A DNA stretch of 64,000 bases from positions 64,001 to 128,000 of the forward strand of contig CAXXFK010000025.1 of the NCBI GenBank assembly GCA_963663965.2, in the 5' to 3' direction. The stretch comes from Sedimentisphaerales bacterium (lineage in GTDB: Bacteria > Planctomycetota > Phycisphaerae > Sedimentisphaerales > SM23-30). The position numbers and the translations under genes were made by a program. Position 1 is the stretch's first letter; each line of letters opens with the position of its first letter. The notes under the pieces are model-generated. The model saw nothing but the letters and a program-made list of their open reading frames with translations. It was not told the DNA's origin and ran no database searches. This document shows, piece by piece, positions 40,418 through 50,581 of the stretch.

Positions 40418-40684
40418 ATGAAAGATAATGACAATCGCAACGTGAATGATTATCCGGAAAAGAAGGGCACCGTGGATATTTATCATGAGTTGGCAGAAGA
40501 TCAGGTTGATGTTGTTTATATTGAGGGGGATCGGGCCGGGCTGGAAAGTCTGGCGGAATTGTTATTATGGTTGACGCGTCATACCGGTGTGGAGCCGATG
40601 GATGATCATATTCATCTGCATCGAAATGTGCAATTGGGGAAACGGTCTTGTGAAGTTGCGGTTTATTGCCGGGAGGATGTGTAA
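40418..40684 (+). CDS. Imm32-like immunity protein (cassette 7)
   Basis: AGGAG RBS. VYIEGDRAGLESLAELLLWL...DDHIHL matches the recalled Imm32 pattern (I.G...GL..LA..LL...H.HL). Confidence 0.6.
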   Translation: MKDNDNRNVNDYPEKKGTVDIYHELAEDQVDVVYIEGDRAGLESLAELLLWLTRHTGVEPMDDHIHLHRNVQLGKRSCEVAVYCREDV

Positions 40685-41047
40685 TGTAGAACGGAATAAT
40701 TGAACGGGAAGCGTTTGTATTGATTGGTGGATATGTGGGAAAAAAAGAAACAGCCGGAACAACTACGAAAGGTACGAAACCCTCGTAAGAAAACGGGTTG
40801 GAAGAGGAATTTAATAAACCGCGTGGGCGGTGGCTACCCTGCTGGCTCAGAAGTGTTAATGGATCGGGGTTTATTGGCCTGGGGATGGGAAATGGGGGTA
40901 TCATAAAACTTAAAAAAGATGCCAGATATTGTATGGTTTCTGTTGGGGATATGGTGAAAATAGGGTGGTTTCCTGTTAGAATGGTAGTATTACCGGGCAT
41001 AGATTCGTTACTTTAAATCGATTTTCAGGCGCTTATGGGAGCAGGTC

Positions 41048-44000
41048 ATGAAGACTTTGATTGGAATTTTGCTGGTTCTGTTGATGGGAATGCCGGTTAT
41101 AGATATTCAGGCGGATGAGCTGGCGGATAGTTTTGTGTCGCCGCAGGATTCGGCGCGGCCGTGGGTTTACTGGTTTCCTTTGAATGGGAACCTGACCAAG
41201 GCGGGGATTACGGCGGATCTGGAAGCGATGGCCCGGGTGGGGATTGGCGGGGTGCTGTATATGGAGGTGGATCAGGGTGCGCCGGCGGGTGAAGCGGATT
41301 TTGCCGGGCCGTTGTGGATGGAGATGATTGGCCATGCCTGCCGGGAGGCTAAGCGGCTGGGGCTGGAAATCAATATGCACAACGATGCCGGCTGGAACGG
41401 GAGCGGCGGGCCGTGGATTACGCCGGAGATGTCGATGCAGAAGGTGGTGTGGAGCGAGGTGGTGGTGGATCGGGATGGTGGCGGTTCGATTGTGCTGCCG
41501 CAGCCGGCGGCGGTCAGGGGGTTTTATCGTGATATCGCGGTGCTGGCGATGCCGGCGCCGTCGGTGGAGAAACGCATTGCTGATATAGAAGGCAAGGCCT
41601 CGTATCAGATCAGGGGGTATGGTCCGCTGGCGGCCGAGTTCGCGGAGGTGGAGGGTGGGGCGGTGATTGACCGGGAGCGGATTGTTGACCTGACGGGGAA
41701 GATGGGGGCTGATGGGATGCTCAATTGGAGCCCGCCGGTGGGGAAGTGGCTGGTGATGCGATTTGGTCATACTACGACCGGCAAGGAGAACCATCCGGCG
41801 CCGGGGCCGGGTTGCGGTCTGGAATGCGATAAGCTCAGCCGGGAGGCGGCTGTGCTGCATTTTCGGCATTTGATGGACCGGATCATCGAGCAGAACCAGG
41901 CCATGACCGGGCAGGATAAAACCCTGGTGGGTGTTCATATCGACAGCTGGGAGAACGGCACGCAGAACTGGACGTTGCGGATGCGGGAGGCGTTTCGCCA
42001 GAAGCGGGGGTATGATATGCTGTCGTTTCTGCCGGTGTACACCGGGCGGATTGTTGACAGTATGGAAGTCAGTGAGCGGTTTTTGTGGGATCTGCGCCAG
42101 ACTATTTCTGAGCTGCTGATTGAGAATTACGCCGGGACCTTTAAGGAACTGGCTCATAAGAACGGTTTGCGTCTGACGATCGAGGCCTATGGTGAAGCGG
42201 CGGATGATTTTGCTTATGCGGGTCAGGCGGATGAGCCGATGGGAGAGTTCTGGGCGTGGGGTAAGTTCGGGGCGGCCGGATCGGTGACGGAGATGGCATC
42301 CGCGGCGCATACCTACGGCAAGCGGATCCTGGGCGCGGAGGCGTTTACTGCCGACAGCAATGAGAGATGGCAGGGGCACCCGGCGAATATCAAGGACCTG
42401 GGCGACTGGGCGTTTTGTGAAGGGATCAATCGTTTTGTGTTTCACCGTTACGCGGCCCAGCCGTGGCTTCATCAAGCGCCGGGGATGAGTATGGGGCCGT
42501 GGGGTCTTCATTACGAGCGGACCCAGACCTGGTGGGAACAGTCGGTGGCGTGGCATTTGTACCTGGCCCGGTGCCAGTCGCTGCTGCAACAGGGCATGTA
42601 TGTGGCGGATATTGTTTACCTGATGCCGGAAGGCGCGCCGCGCGGATGCAACCTGCCGCCGGAGACGGAACTGGCGCCGCATATCCGGAGCGGTTATGGC
42701 TTTGATGCCTGTTCGGCGGAAGTGGTGCTGACGCGGATGCGCGTGCAGGGTGGCCGGATTGTGCTGCCGGATGGGATGAGCTACCGGGTATTGGTGTTGC
42801 CGGGACAGGATACCATGACGCCGGGTTTGCTGGCTAAAATCCAGGAACTGGCGGAGGCGGGGGCGATGATTGTCGGGCCGGGAACGCCGCCCCGTAAGAG
42901 TCCGAGTCTGGCCGATATGGGGAAAGGGGATGAGGTTGTTCGTAAGAATGGCGCGGCGCTTTGGGATTCGGGTAAGATTCTGACGGGAAAGACGGCCCAA
43001 CAACGGCTGAGTGAGATGGGGGTGGCGCCTGATTTTTCGGCGAGTCCGCTGCTGCGGTATATTCACCGGCGGATCGGGTCGGCGGAGGTCTATTTTGTGG
43101 CTAATCCGGAACTGGTCGATGTTGAGGCGGTGGCGGATTTTCGTGTGAGTGATCGACAGCCGGAACTGTGGTGGCCGGATAGCGGGCGGATGGAGAAACT
43201 GGTTACCTATCGGGAAATCGATGGGATTACCCGTGTTCCGTTGCGACTGGAGGGTCGTGGTTCGGTGTTTGTGGTATTCCGGCAACCGGCAAAGGGGATT
43301 GATCCGATTATCGCGCTGCGCCATGAGGGTGAGGTGCAATGGTCATTGGAGAAACGGGAAAAGGTGGGGCAGGAGATTAAGATTGTCAGTGCGATTTATG
43401 GTCCGCCCGGTGATGCGGCGCGTACCCGAAATGTAACACAGAAGCTGCAAGATTTGATTGATACCGGTAAACATTATTTTCAGGTGGCGGAGATGGCCCG
43501 TGGCGATGACCCGGCGTATGGCGTGGTCAAAACCCTGACGATTGAATACCAAGCCGGGGGGCAGACCCTGACGGCAGTGGGTCAGGATCCGGATATGATC
43601 AGCCTGGGCGTGCCGTGCGCGGAACGGCCGGCCGAGATTGGGGGCGCGAATGGTAAGGGGATGGAATTGCTGGTGAGGGAGGCGGGTCGTTATGAGTGGC
43701 AGACGGCCGGTGGTAAAACAAAATCGGTGGCAGTGGGATCTGTGCCAGAAACGCTGGAGATAGCGGGGCCGTGGCGAGTGCATTTCGATCCGGAACGAGG
43801 CGGGCCTGAGGATGTTGAATTTAATAAGCTGGAAGACTGGTCGAAACGTGCGGAGGAGGGTATCAAGTATTATTCCGGCGGGGCGGTTTACCAGACGACT
43901 TTTACGGTTGAAAAGATAGCTAAGAATACGATCTGGCTGCTGGACCTGGGACAGGTGGAGGTGATGGCGGAAGTGAAGCTGAATGGCCGGGACCTGGGGA

Positions 44001-44317
44001 TACTCTGGAAACCGCCTTATCGCGTGGATATCGGTTCGGCGCTGCGGGCGGGTGAGAACCGGTTGGAGATCAAGGTAGTGAACCTATGGATTAATCGCCT
44101 GATTGGCGATGAGAATCTGCCGGAAGACAGTGATCGCCATGGTAACGGTACGCTCAAATCGTGGCCGGAATGGGTTCGGCAGGATAAGGCCAGTCCGACC
44201 GGGCGTTTGAGTTTTACCAGCTGGCGGCTCTGGAAGAAGGGAGACAAGCCGGCGCCTTCGGGTTTGATCGGGCCGGTCACGGTGCGGCCGATGGTGAAAC
44301 TCGCTGTTGATCGCTGA
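41048..44317 (+). CDS. GH106 alpha-L-rhamnosidase-like glycoside hydrolase
   Basis: ARPWVYWF, ITADLEAMARVGIGG, GWNGSGGPWITPE, GLECDKLS, HIDSWE, PMGEFW, GAEAFT, GINRFVFH, SGLIGPV. Confidence 0.9.
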   Translation: MKTLIGILLVLLMGMPVIDIQADELADSFVSPQDSARPWVYWFPLNGNLTKAGITADLEAMARVGIGGVLYMEVDQGAPAGEADFAGPLWMEMIGHACREAKRLGLEINMHNDAGWNGSGGPWITPEMSMQKVVWSEVVVDRDGGGSIVLPQPAAVRGFYRDIAVLAMPAPSVEKRIADIEGKASYQIRGYGPLAAEFAEVEGGAVIDRERIVDLTGKMGADGMLNWSPPVGKWLVMRFGHTTTGKENHPAPGPGCGLECDKLSREAAVLHFRHLMDRIIEQNQAMTGQDKTLVGVHIDSWENGTQNWTLRMREAFRQKRGYDMLSFLPVYTGRIVDSMEVSERFLWDLRQTISELLIENYAGTFKELAHKNGLRLTIEAYGEAADDFAYAGQADEPMGEFWAWGKFGAAGSVTEMASAAHTYGKRILGAEAFTADSNERWQGHPANIKDLGDWAFCEGINRFVFHRYAAQPWLHQAPGMSMGPWGLHYERTQTWWEQSVAWHLYLARCQSLLQQGMYVADIVYLMPEGAPRGCNLPPETELAPHIRSGYGFDACSAEVVLTRMRVQGGRIVLPDGMSYRVLVLPGQDTMTPGLLAKIQELAEAGAMIVGPGTPPRKSPSLADMGKGDEVVRKNGAALWDSGKILTGKTAQQRLSEMGVAPDFSASPLLRYIHRRIGSAEVYFVANPELVDVEAVADFRVSDRQPELWWPDSGRMEKLVTYREIDGITRVPLRLEGRGSVFVVFRQPAKGIDPIIALRHEGEVQWSLEKREKVGQEIKIVSAIYGPPGDAARTRNVTQKLQDLIDTGKHYFQVAEMARGDDPAYGVVKTLTIEYQAGGQTLTAVGQDPDMISLGVPCAERPAEIGGANGKGMELLVREAGRYEWQTAGGKTKSVAVGSVPETLEIAGPWRVHFDPERGGPEDVEFNKLEDWSKRAEEGIKYYSGGAVYQTTFTVEKIAKNTIWLLDLGQVEVMAEVKLNGRDLGILWKPPYRVDIGSALRAGENRLEIKVVNLWINRLIGDENLPEDSDRHGNGTLKSWPEWVRQDKASPTGRLSFTSWRLWKKGDKPAPSGLIGPVTVRPMVKLAVDR

Positions 44318-44529
44318 TGTGGCTGAACGAATTGGTTATTGTGATTGTGGAGGGGAAAATCGCCGGTATCCGTTTGGCAGGAAAAAGATTGCATTAAGCG
44401 GGAAAATAGTGTATTTTAAAATACAGCATCTTTGGTAGTACAAATAGTTATTGTTGACGAAGTCCTTTTATAGCAGGCAGTTGTGGCTGTAAGGGGGCAG
44501 TTTTTGTTTGCGCTATAAGGATGTAAACG

Positions 44530-45315
44530 ATGAAAAGCATGATAGAACGGAACAGGTCTGGCCATTTGCGGTGTGGATTTACTTTGATTGAATTATTGGT
44601 AGTGGTCTCGATTATCGCGCTACTGGTGGCGATTTTGATGCCGGCGTTGCATCTGGCACGGATGCAGAGCCGGATCACCGTGTGTGGGGCTCATCTCAAG
44701 CAGGTGGGTTTGGCGATGGTGATGTATTCGGATAACTATAATGAGTCCATCCCGCCGGATAATGGCGAGATGCACGGGTATGTAGTATATCGGGACGATA
44801 TTCGTATAAACGGGAAGCTACGGCCGCATCGCTGGGCATATCTTTATGAACTGCACTATATCGATCAGCCGGAAATGTTTTACTGTCCGGCCAACCGGTT
44901 GGGCTGGGCAGTCTTTGAGAACTATAATTCCCCGACTCGCTGGGGGACGCTGCCGCAGGATTTTAACGCGGGTGGTAATGAATGGATCCGGATTGGGTAC
45001 AGTTACTGGCCGATCAAGCGGGGCGCTCAAAGTGGTTTTGACAAAGCCACCAAGTATAGCAAGCTTTATCTGGATATGCCTTATGCAACGGATCTGACGC
45101 ATGGTCTGAAGAATGTGAGCCATCAGCGGCGTGCCGGGCGTAATGACGAGACCTATAAGGCCTCCAACCAGTATTCGCTGAACGCGCTGTATCCGGACGG
45201 CCATGTGAGCAGCTGCAAGGAACCGACGGTTTTTCAGGATCCGGTATGGGATAATTTTCCTGATTATGAAACGCTGCATTATACGCTGTTCAAGCTGATC
45301 GGGCGTTATCAGTAA
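44530..45315 (+). CDS. Prepilin-type N-terminal cleavage/methylation domain protein (DUF1559-like)
   Basis: GFTLIELLVVVSIIALLVAILMPAL, FYCPA, NALYPDGHV. Confidence 0.9.
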   Translation: MKSMIERNRSGHLRCGFTLIELLVVVSIIALLVAILMPALHLARMQSRITVCGAHLKQVGLAMVMYSDNYNESIPPDNGEMHGYVVYRDDIRINGKLRPHRWAYLYELHYIDQPEMFYCPANRLGWAVFENYNSPTRWGTLPQDFNAGGNEWIRIGYSYWPIKRGAQSGFDKATKYSKLYLDMPYATDLTHGLKNVSHQRRAGRNDETYKASNQYSLNALYPDGHVSSCKEPTVFQDPVWDNFPDYETLHYTLFKLIGRYQ

Positions 45316-45703
45316 TAGATTCAGACTGACCGTGGATTGACTTGAGGACTTATAAGCTTGAATTAAAAAATGCTAAAGAGCAATAACTGCCAAATGAAAG
45401 AATAGGCGAGTATTGATTTTATTAAAGCGTTAAAAATCTACCGTTGTACGATATTATACCCATCGGGTAAGGAAATGTCCGATCGCTCGCAAGCTAAGTA
45501 TTACTCGTAAAAGACTTATTTCACGGCTCAGCGGGCATTATCAAACGTTAATGGCATATAAGGGTGGGTAAGAAATCGGGAGATTACTGCAATTGGGGTG
45601 GTTTACCGGTCGTTTTTATCGATATGGAACATTGATGAGTTCTGTCCAGATGCGCAGGGGAGCTTTGTTACCAACCAGAATTGATAATCCCAGGAGATCG
45701 ACT

Positions 45704-46964
45704 ATGACCAGGAAAATTGTATTAACAATGCTTGTTTTGAGTGTGCCGTTATGGGGTCAGTTGAAACACAGTCCGACGACAAAGTATCCAACCTATCAGG
45801 GACTGGTCATGGCGGGGTATCAGGGCTGGTTTCAGGCGGGTCGCGATGGGACGTTTTATCCGGATGAGAAGCGGATCCGGATCGATATGTGGCCGGATGT
45901 GAGTGAGTATCCGCAGACCTATCCGACGGGTTTGAATCATGCCGATGGTTCAACGGCGCGGTTTTTTCAATCGAAGGATAAAAGCACGATCGATATCCAT
46001 TTTAAATGGATGAAGGAGTATGGGGTGGATGGCGTTTTCATGCAGCGGTTTTTCCACAGGACCAAGCCGGGGCGGGGACGTGAAGAGGCGGCTGAACTGT
46101 TGACGCACGCGTTTAATGCCGCGTCGGAGAATGAGCGGGCGATTGCGATTATGTATGATCTGTCGGGATTGCGGGCGACGGGGGAGGATTGTTCCAGTCT
46201 GATCGAGGACTGGAAGTACCTGGTGGATACGCAGAAGGTGACCAATCAGGCAGGGACCAAGACCTATCTGCATCATGACGGGAAGCCGCTGGTGACGATC
46301 TGGGGCGTGGGCTTTCCGGACCGGCCTTATAATATCCGCACTATCGGACTGGACAAGGTGATCGATTTTCTGCATAACGATCCGGTTTATGGCGGGTGCG
46401 CGGTGATGCTGGGTGTGCCGACGTATTGGCGTGATTTATGCGCGGATTGTGTGCCGGACCCATATCTGCATGAACTGATCAAGCAGGCGGATATTGTGTT
46501 GCCGTGGATGGTGCAGCGGTTTACGCCGCTATTGCATAACGAGATGGACCGGTACCGGGACCATATCAAGGCGGACCTGGCCTGGTGCGCGGATCATGGG
46601 CTGGATTATGTGCCTTGTGTCTATCCGGGATTCAGCTGGCATAATCTGAGCCGGTTTGAATTTCCGGATGATGTCAAGCCGGTGGGCTCGATCCCGAGGC
46701 AGGGCGGGCGGTTTTACTGGCAGCAGATTTCGACGGCGATTTCATCGGGGGGGGGAGATGCTGTATGTGGCGATGTTCGATGAGGTGAATGAGGGGACCG
46801 CGATATTCAAATGCAGCGATAATCCGCCGGTGGGCGAGGTGGCCCAGTTTATCACGATGGATGGCAAGCCCTCGGATCATTATCTGTGGCTGACCGGGCA
46901 GGCGGGTAAGATGCTGCGGAAGGAGATTCCGTTTATGGGTAAGATGCCGGAGCGTGGTGAGTAG
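45704..46964 (+). pseudogene. GH71/GH99-like glycoside hydrolase split by a +1 frameshift in a G9 run (46747-46755)
   Basis: MAGYQGWF, IDMWPDVSEY, DGVFMQRF, MYDLSG, YPGFSWHN. The continuation EMLYVAMFDEVNEGTAIFK...SDHYLWLTG is in the frame of ORF 46656-46964; G8 would restore one ORF. AGGAG RBS before ATG 45704. Confidence 0.8.
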
Positions 46965-46987
46965 ATAGGGATAGAATTTTGAAGCTG

Positions 46988-47027
46988 AAGGGTACCTCTA
47001 ATCGTTGTTGGGGAGGTACCCTTTTTT
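46988..47027. terminator. Terminator hairpin between convergent genes
   Basis: aagggtacctc ... gaggtaccctt followed by a T-run. Confidence 0.75.
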
Positions 47028-47038
47028 GTTGATGGTCA

Positions 47039-48571
47039 TTATTTCAGGTTGTTGAGTTCAATAATGGGGGAGGTGGGAGTATTTTCGGGGAATTCGGCGA
47101 TGGTTTTGACCTGGGTGAAGTCGTTGGCGATGAGTTTGATATGGGCTGAGTTCTGGTCTGTGATAAGCAGGAAAAGCGGGGTGGAATCGGTAGGGTGGAA
47201 TTGGGTCAGAGTGATGTTGGAGGCGTTGGTCAGTTGGAAGATGGGTTGGTTATGAGATGGAGTGGCCAGGTCGAGACCGGAGAAGCGGCTGTTATGGCAA
47301 TCTTCCAGGATAACCGCGGGGCGCGCGTCGGGGGCGCGCAGGTTGAACCGGATATTTTCGCAGACAAGATTTCGGGCGTGGCGGATATAAAGGCCGTAGG
47401 CCGGCAGAGTGGGGCCGAACATGCGGTTTTCGGGATAGGCGGTTTCTTTTTCGGGAACAGGCCGGGCGGCGTGTTCGAGAGTGCCGGCGCCTTTATAAGT
47501 GAAAATGACATCGTGGATGGTGACGTTCTCGACGTAATGGCCGGGGATGCCGGTGATAGAACTGGGCAACAGGCTTTCACTGGTGGCGACGATATTGCCA
47601 ATAGTGACATTTTTGAGCACGCCGGGACCGCGGCGGCTGCCCAGGCGGATGAACAGCGGGGTCTGGATATCGGTCATGGAGATATTGGAGATGGCGATCT
47701 GGTCCATGACGCCGCCGTCGACCGATTCCAGGGCGATGCCGGAGATGACGGTTTCGTCGGCAGTAACGCCTTCGATCTGGGTGCTCCAGCGGCGATGGGC
47801 GGCTTGGGATGGGCGACGAATGGCGCAGTTGGAGACGGTTATGTTTTTAAAACCGCAGAGACCGGCGGTGCCGAATTTGATGGCGTTGCAATTGGAGGCC
47901 AGAATGCAATTGCTGATACTGATGTTTTCGGGCAGGTAGTTGGGATCATCACTTTTTAGGCACATGGCGTCGTCATCACAATCGATAATGCAGTTGGAAA
48001 TGACGATGTTTTTGCCGTCGATATCGATGCCGTCGTTGTTTTCGTTGGCGAACGAATAGATACGGACTCCCTGTACGATGACGGTGTCGGATTGCAGGAT
48101 GCGAAAGACCCAGGTGGGCGAATTGATGAGGGTGACGTCTTTGACGGTGATATTTTTGCTTTGATAGAGGCGGATGTTGTTGTGGCGAGGGCCGTTGGTG
48201 GGAAACCATTTTTTGAAGCCCTGGCCGTTAATCGTACCGGGGCCGGTAATGGCGGCGTTTTCGATTTTATTGGCGTAGATGAGGCCGGCGGAGAAGGCTT
48301 TGGGATTGGTGCCGCCCAGAATAACGGCGCCCTGTTGCAGATGAAGATTAACATTGCTTTTGAGGTAGATCGTTTTATCGGCGAGGAACGTGCCGGGGGG
48401 GACCGTGACAGTGCCACCGCCGGTTGCGGTACAATGATCGATGGCTTGCTGGATGGCTGTGGCGGAAGGGGTGGTTCCATCCGCAACAGCCTGGTAATCG
48501 ATGATGCTGACATTTTCGGCTAAGGCTAAGTGAGTTAACAGGCAGATCATCAGAGTCAGGCAGTGTTTCAT
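47039..48571 (-). CDS. GH28 polygalacturonase-family glycoside hydrolase
   Basis: AIQQAIDHC...GGGTVTVPPG, LKSNVNL, NNDGIDID, DDAMCLKS, NAIKFGT. Confidence 0.9.
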   Translation of the reverse strand: MKHCLTLMICLLTHLALAENVSIIDYQAVADGTTPSATAIQQAIDHCTATGGGTVTVPPGTFLADKTIYLKSNVNLHLQQGAVILGGTNPKAFSAGLIYANKIENAAITGPGTINGQGFKKWFPTNGPRHNNIRLYQSKNITVKDVTLINSPTWVFRILQSDTVIVQGVRIYSFANENNDGIDIDGKNIVISNCIIDCDDDAMCLKSDDPNYLPENISISNCILASNCNAIKFGTAGLCGFKNITVSNCAIRRPSQAAHRRWSTQIEGVTADETVISGIALESVDGGVMDQIAISNISMTDIQTPLFIRLGSRRGPGVLKNVTIGNIVATSESLLPSSITGIPGHYVENVTIHDVIFTYKGAGTLEHAARPVPEKETAYPENRMFGPTLPAYGLYIRHARNLVCENIRFNLRAPDARPAVILEDCHNSRFSGLDLATPSHNQPIFQLTNASNITLTQFHPTDSTPLFLLITDQNSAHIKLIANDFTQVKTIAEFPENTPTSPIIELNNLK

Positions 48572-48610
48572 GGCAGGGGCCTTTCAGGTTACAGGAGAAT
48601 ATTCATAAGG

Positions 48611-50083
48611 CTAATTTAATTTGACTAGGGTAGGAGAAACCTCGGATTCGGTCATAGTATAGGGCAATTGGTAGATGGTGTCGCCGGTTTTGTTGGTGAA
48701 ATAAAGATGCGATTCGGAGAGCGAGTCGGGATTGCCATCGGCCCAGAAGGCATAAAAATCGGGATGGGCGTTGCGCGGGCGGCGGGCGTAGTTATGATTG
48801 AGCGGGCTGTTGGCGGTGAGTGTGCGGGCGCGGAACCACTGGCGGCCCTGGTCGTAGCTGAGCCAGAGCGCCAGTTCGCCGCCGGCGCCCCAGTTTTGCG
48901 GGCCGGGGAGAGTAGGGGCGATGATGCGCCAGATGCCGCTGGGTTCAAGATAGAGCGAGCCCATGTCGTAGTTGTGGGTAGAGGTAGTCACTTCGTGGAA
49001 TTGCCAGTCGCCCTGTTGCCAGTGCGCAATGGTCCAGGTGCGGGGATTGCCATTGGGCCCGGGTTGGTAGTGACTGCTGGTGAGGTAGAGCAGGACAGGA
49101 TTGCCATCAAGGTCGAAGCCGATGTCTTTGAGATAGACGAGGCGGCTTTCGGTGCGGTAGTCATGAACCAGGGCCGGGCATTGCGGGTCGGTGAGAGGCA
49201 GAGAGACGGTCTGGCCATCGGCAGTTTGCCAGGTCTGGCCAAGGTCTGAGGTTTGCAGGAAGTAGAGATTGGTGCGGCGGTCGACATTGCCGCCAGGATG
49301 CATATTGAAGGCGGTAATGATCCGGCCATCCTGTTCGTTACTCATCTGGTAATGGCCGCCCATCCCGGCGAGTTGCCGAGGTGGCGTCCAGTTTGTGCCA
49401 TCGATATCGGAGGTACTGAAGTAGAGTTCGCGGCCATGGGAGTATTGAGTAAACAGGTGGAGGAAGCCGTGGCCGGTGATCCACCAGGGTTGGGGGTAGG
49501 TGAATTCGGATTCACTGATTTGTTCGAAGGAATCGATGGACCAGGGCTCCCGGCTGCGATAGATATAACCGGGTCGTGCGCGAGCCCGGCCGCTGACGAA
49601 GACCCAGAGGTGGCCGGTGTCATCGATATTAAGGCTGGGATTGTCGTGGGGATCGTTGACGGTGATTTTGTCGTGGACAATGATGGGCTGGGGGACACAG
49701 TGGCGTTGATGGTCGTACCAGGAGATCATGGCCAGGAGATGTCGCTGGTCGCTTTGGGTAGTGCCGCCATAGACGAAGAAGGTTTTATTGACCTGGGGCG
49801 CGTAAACGGCCAGCGGGTGGTGTTTGGCGGTGTAGGTGCCCAGACCGCCAGAGTATTTGGAACCGTATTCGGACCGCTGGCCGAGGTCGAACCAGATGCC
49901 GCGATAGCCGGTGACGGTCTGGCCGGTGAGATTGGGAGGAGAGGTGGAGGGAGACTGGGCCAGTGTTGACTGGAGAAGGGAGCAGAAAAGGAACCCATTC
50001 AGATAGAAAAAGAATAGAACGGTTTTACATGACCTATGTTTGTTCATAATAACTCCAAAGTAAGGATAAAGAGTATAACTCAT
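48611..50083 (-). CDS. BNR-4 repeat-containing secreted protein
   Basis: GYRGIWF, KYSGGLGTYTAKH, DPHDNPS, FTYPQPW, TSDLGQTW, HNYDMGSL, SYDQGRQW. True start may be slightly downstream. Confidence 0.75.
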   Translation of the reverse strand: MSYTLYPYFGVIMNKHRSCKTVLFFFYLNGFLFCSLLQSTLAQSPSTSPPNLTGQTVTGYRGIWFDLGQRSEYGSKYSGGLGTYTAKHHPLAVYAPQVNKTFFVYGGTTQSDQRHLLAMISWYDHQRHCVPQPIIVHDKITVNDPHDNPSLNIDDTGHLWVFVSGRARARPGYIYRSREPWSIDSFEQISESEFTYPQPWWITGHGFLHLFTQYSHGRELYFSTSDIDGTNWTPPRQLAGMGGHYQMSNEQDGRIITAFNMHPGGNVDRRTNLYFLQTSDLGQTWQTADGQTVSLPLTDPQCPALVHDYRTESRLVYLKDIGFDLDGNPVLLYLTSSHYQPGPNGNPRTWTIAHWQQGDWQFHEVTTSTHNYDMGSLYLEPSGIWRIIAPTLPGPQNWGAGGELALWLSYDQGRQWFRARTLTANSPLNHNYARRPRNAHPDFYAFWADGNPDSLSESHLYFTNKTGDTIYQLPYTMTESEVSPTLVKLN

Positions 50084-50581
50084 TGGGCGTCAATATATTG
50101 TATTTTTCTTATCCAGAATAATTTTGAATGTTAAAATAGGGAGTTTTTGGTCATGGCGTTTGAAGGTGAATCTTTGATATTTCCAGGAAATATGATGACA
50201 GGATTTTGTGATAATGGCTTGAAAATAAATAGGATTGCTCGAAAAGACCAATGGATGTTGAGAGGAAGTAAACAAATAAAATAATTTTCTGGATTTTTCA
50301 GGTTATTTAGCTTATTAATTGGCTATCAGATAAAAATAGAATTGTTGAGAAATTAGCTGTTTGTTATCTGAACTATTTATCTCATATTGGTTTATTTTGA
50401 GGTGGAGAATGTGTCTGTCTGTTCTGTATTGGTTAGACGTTTATTTTTATGGCGGTAACTCTTTCTTTTGGACTCTTTCCCACTCAGGTTTAGATCGGGC
50501 AGAAGCCAAACTATCGAGGTTATTCTGAGGGCACATTTACCATTTTGCTGGTTTAATTTGATATCTACAAAGGAATTAACG

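Noticed and set aside
32234..40906. Integron cassette array
   Set aside because: No integron integrase, and the junction repeats lack the RYYYAAC...GTTRRRY attC palindromic structure.
41033..43339. 768-aa minus-strand ORF and similar long shadow ORFs (331-1185, 632-1456, 47195-47959 and others)
   Set aside because: Antisense or alternate frames of well-supported genes; low-complexity translations caused by skewed codon usage.
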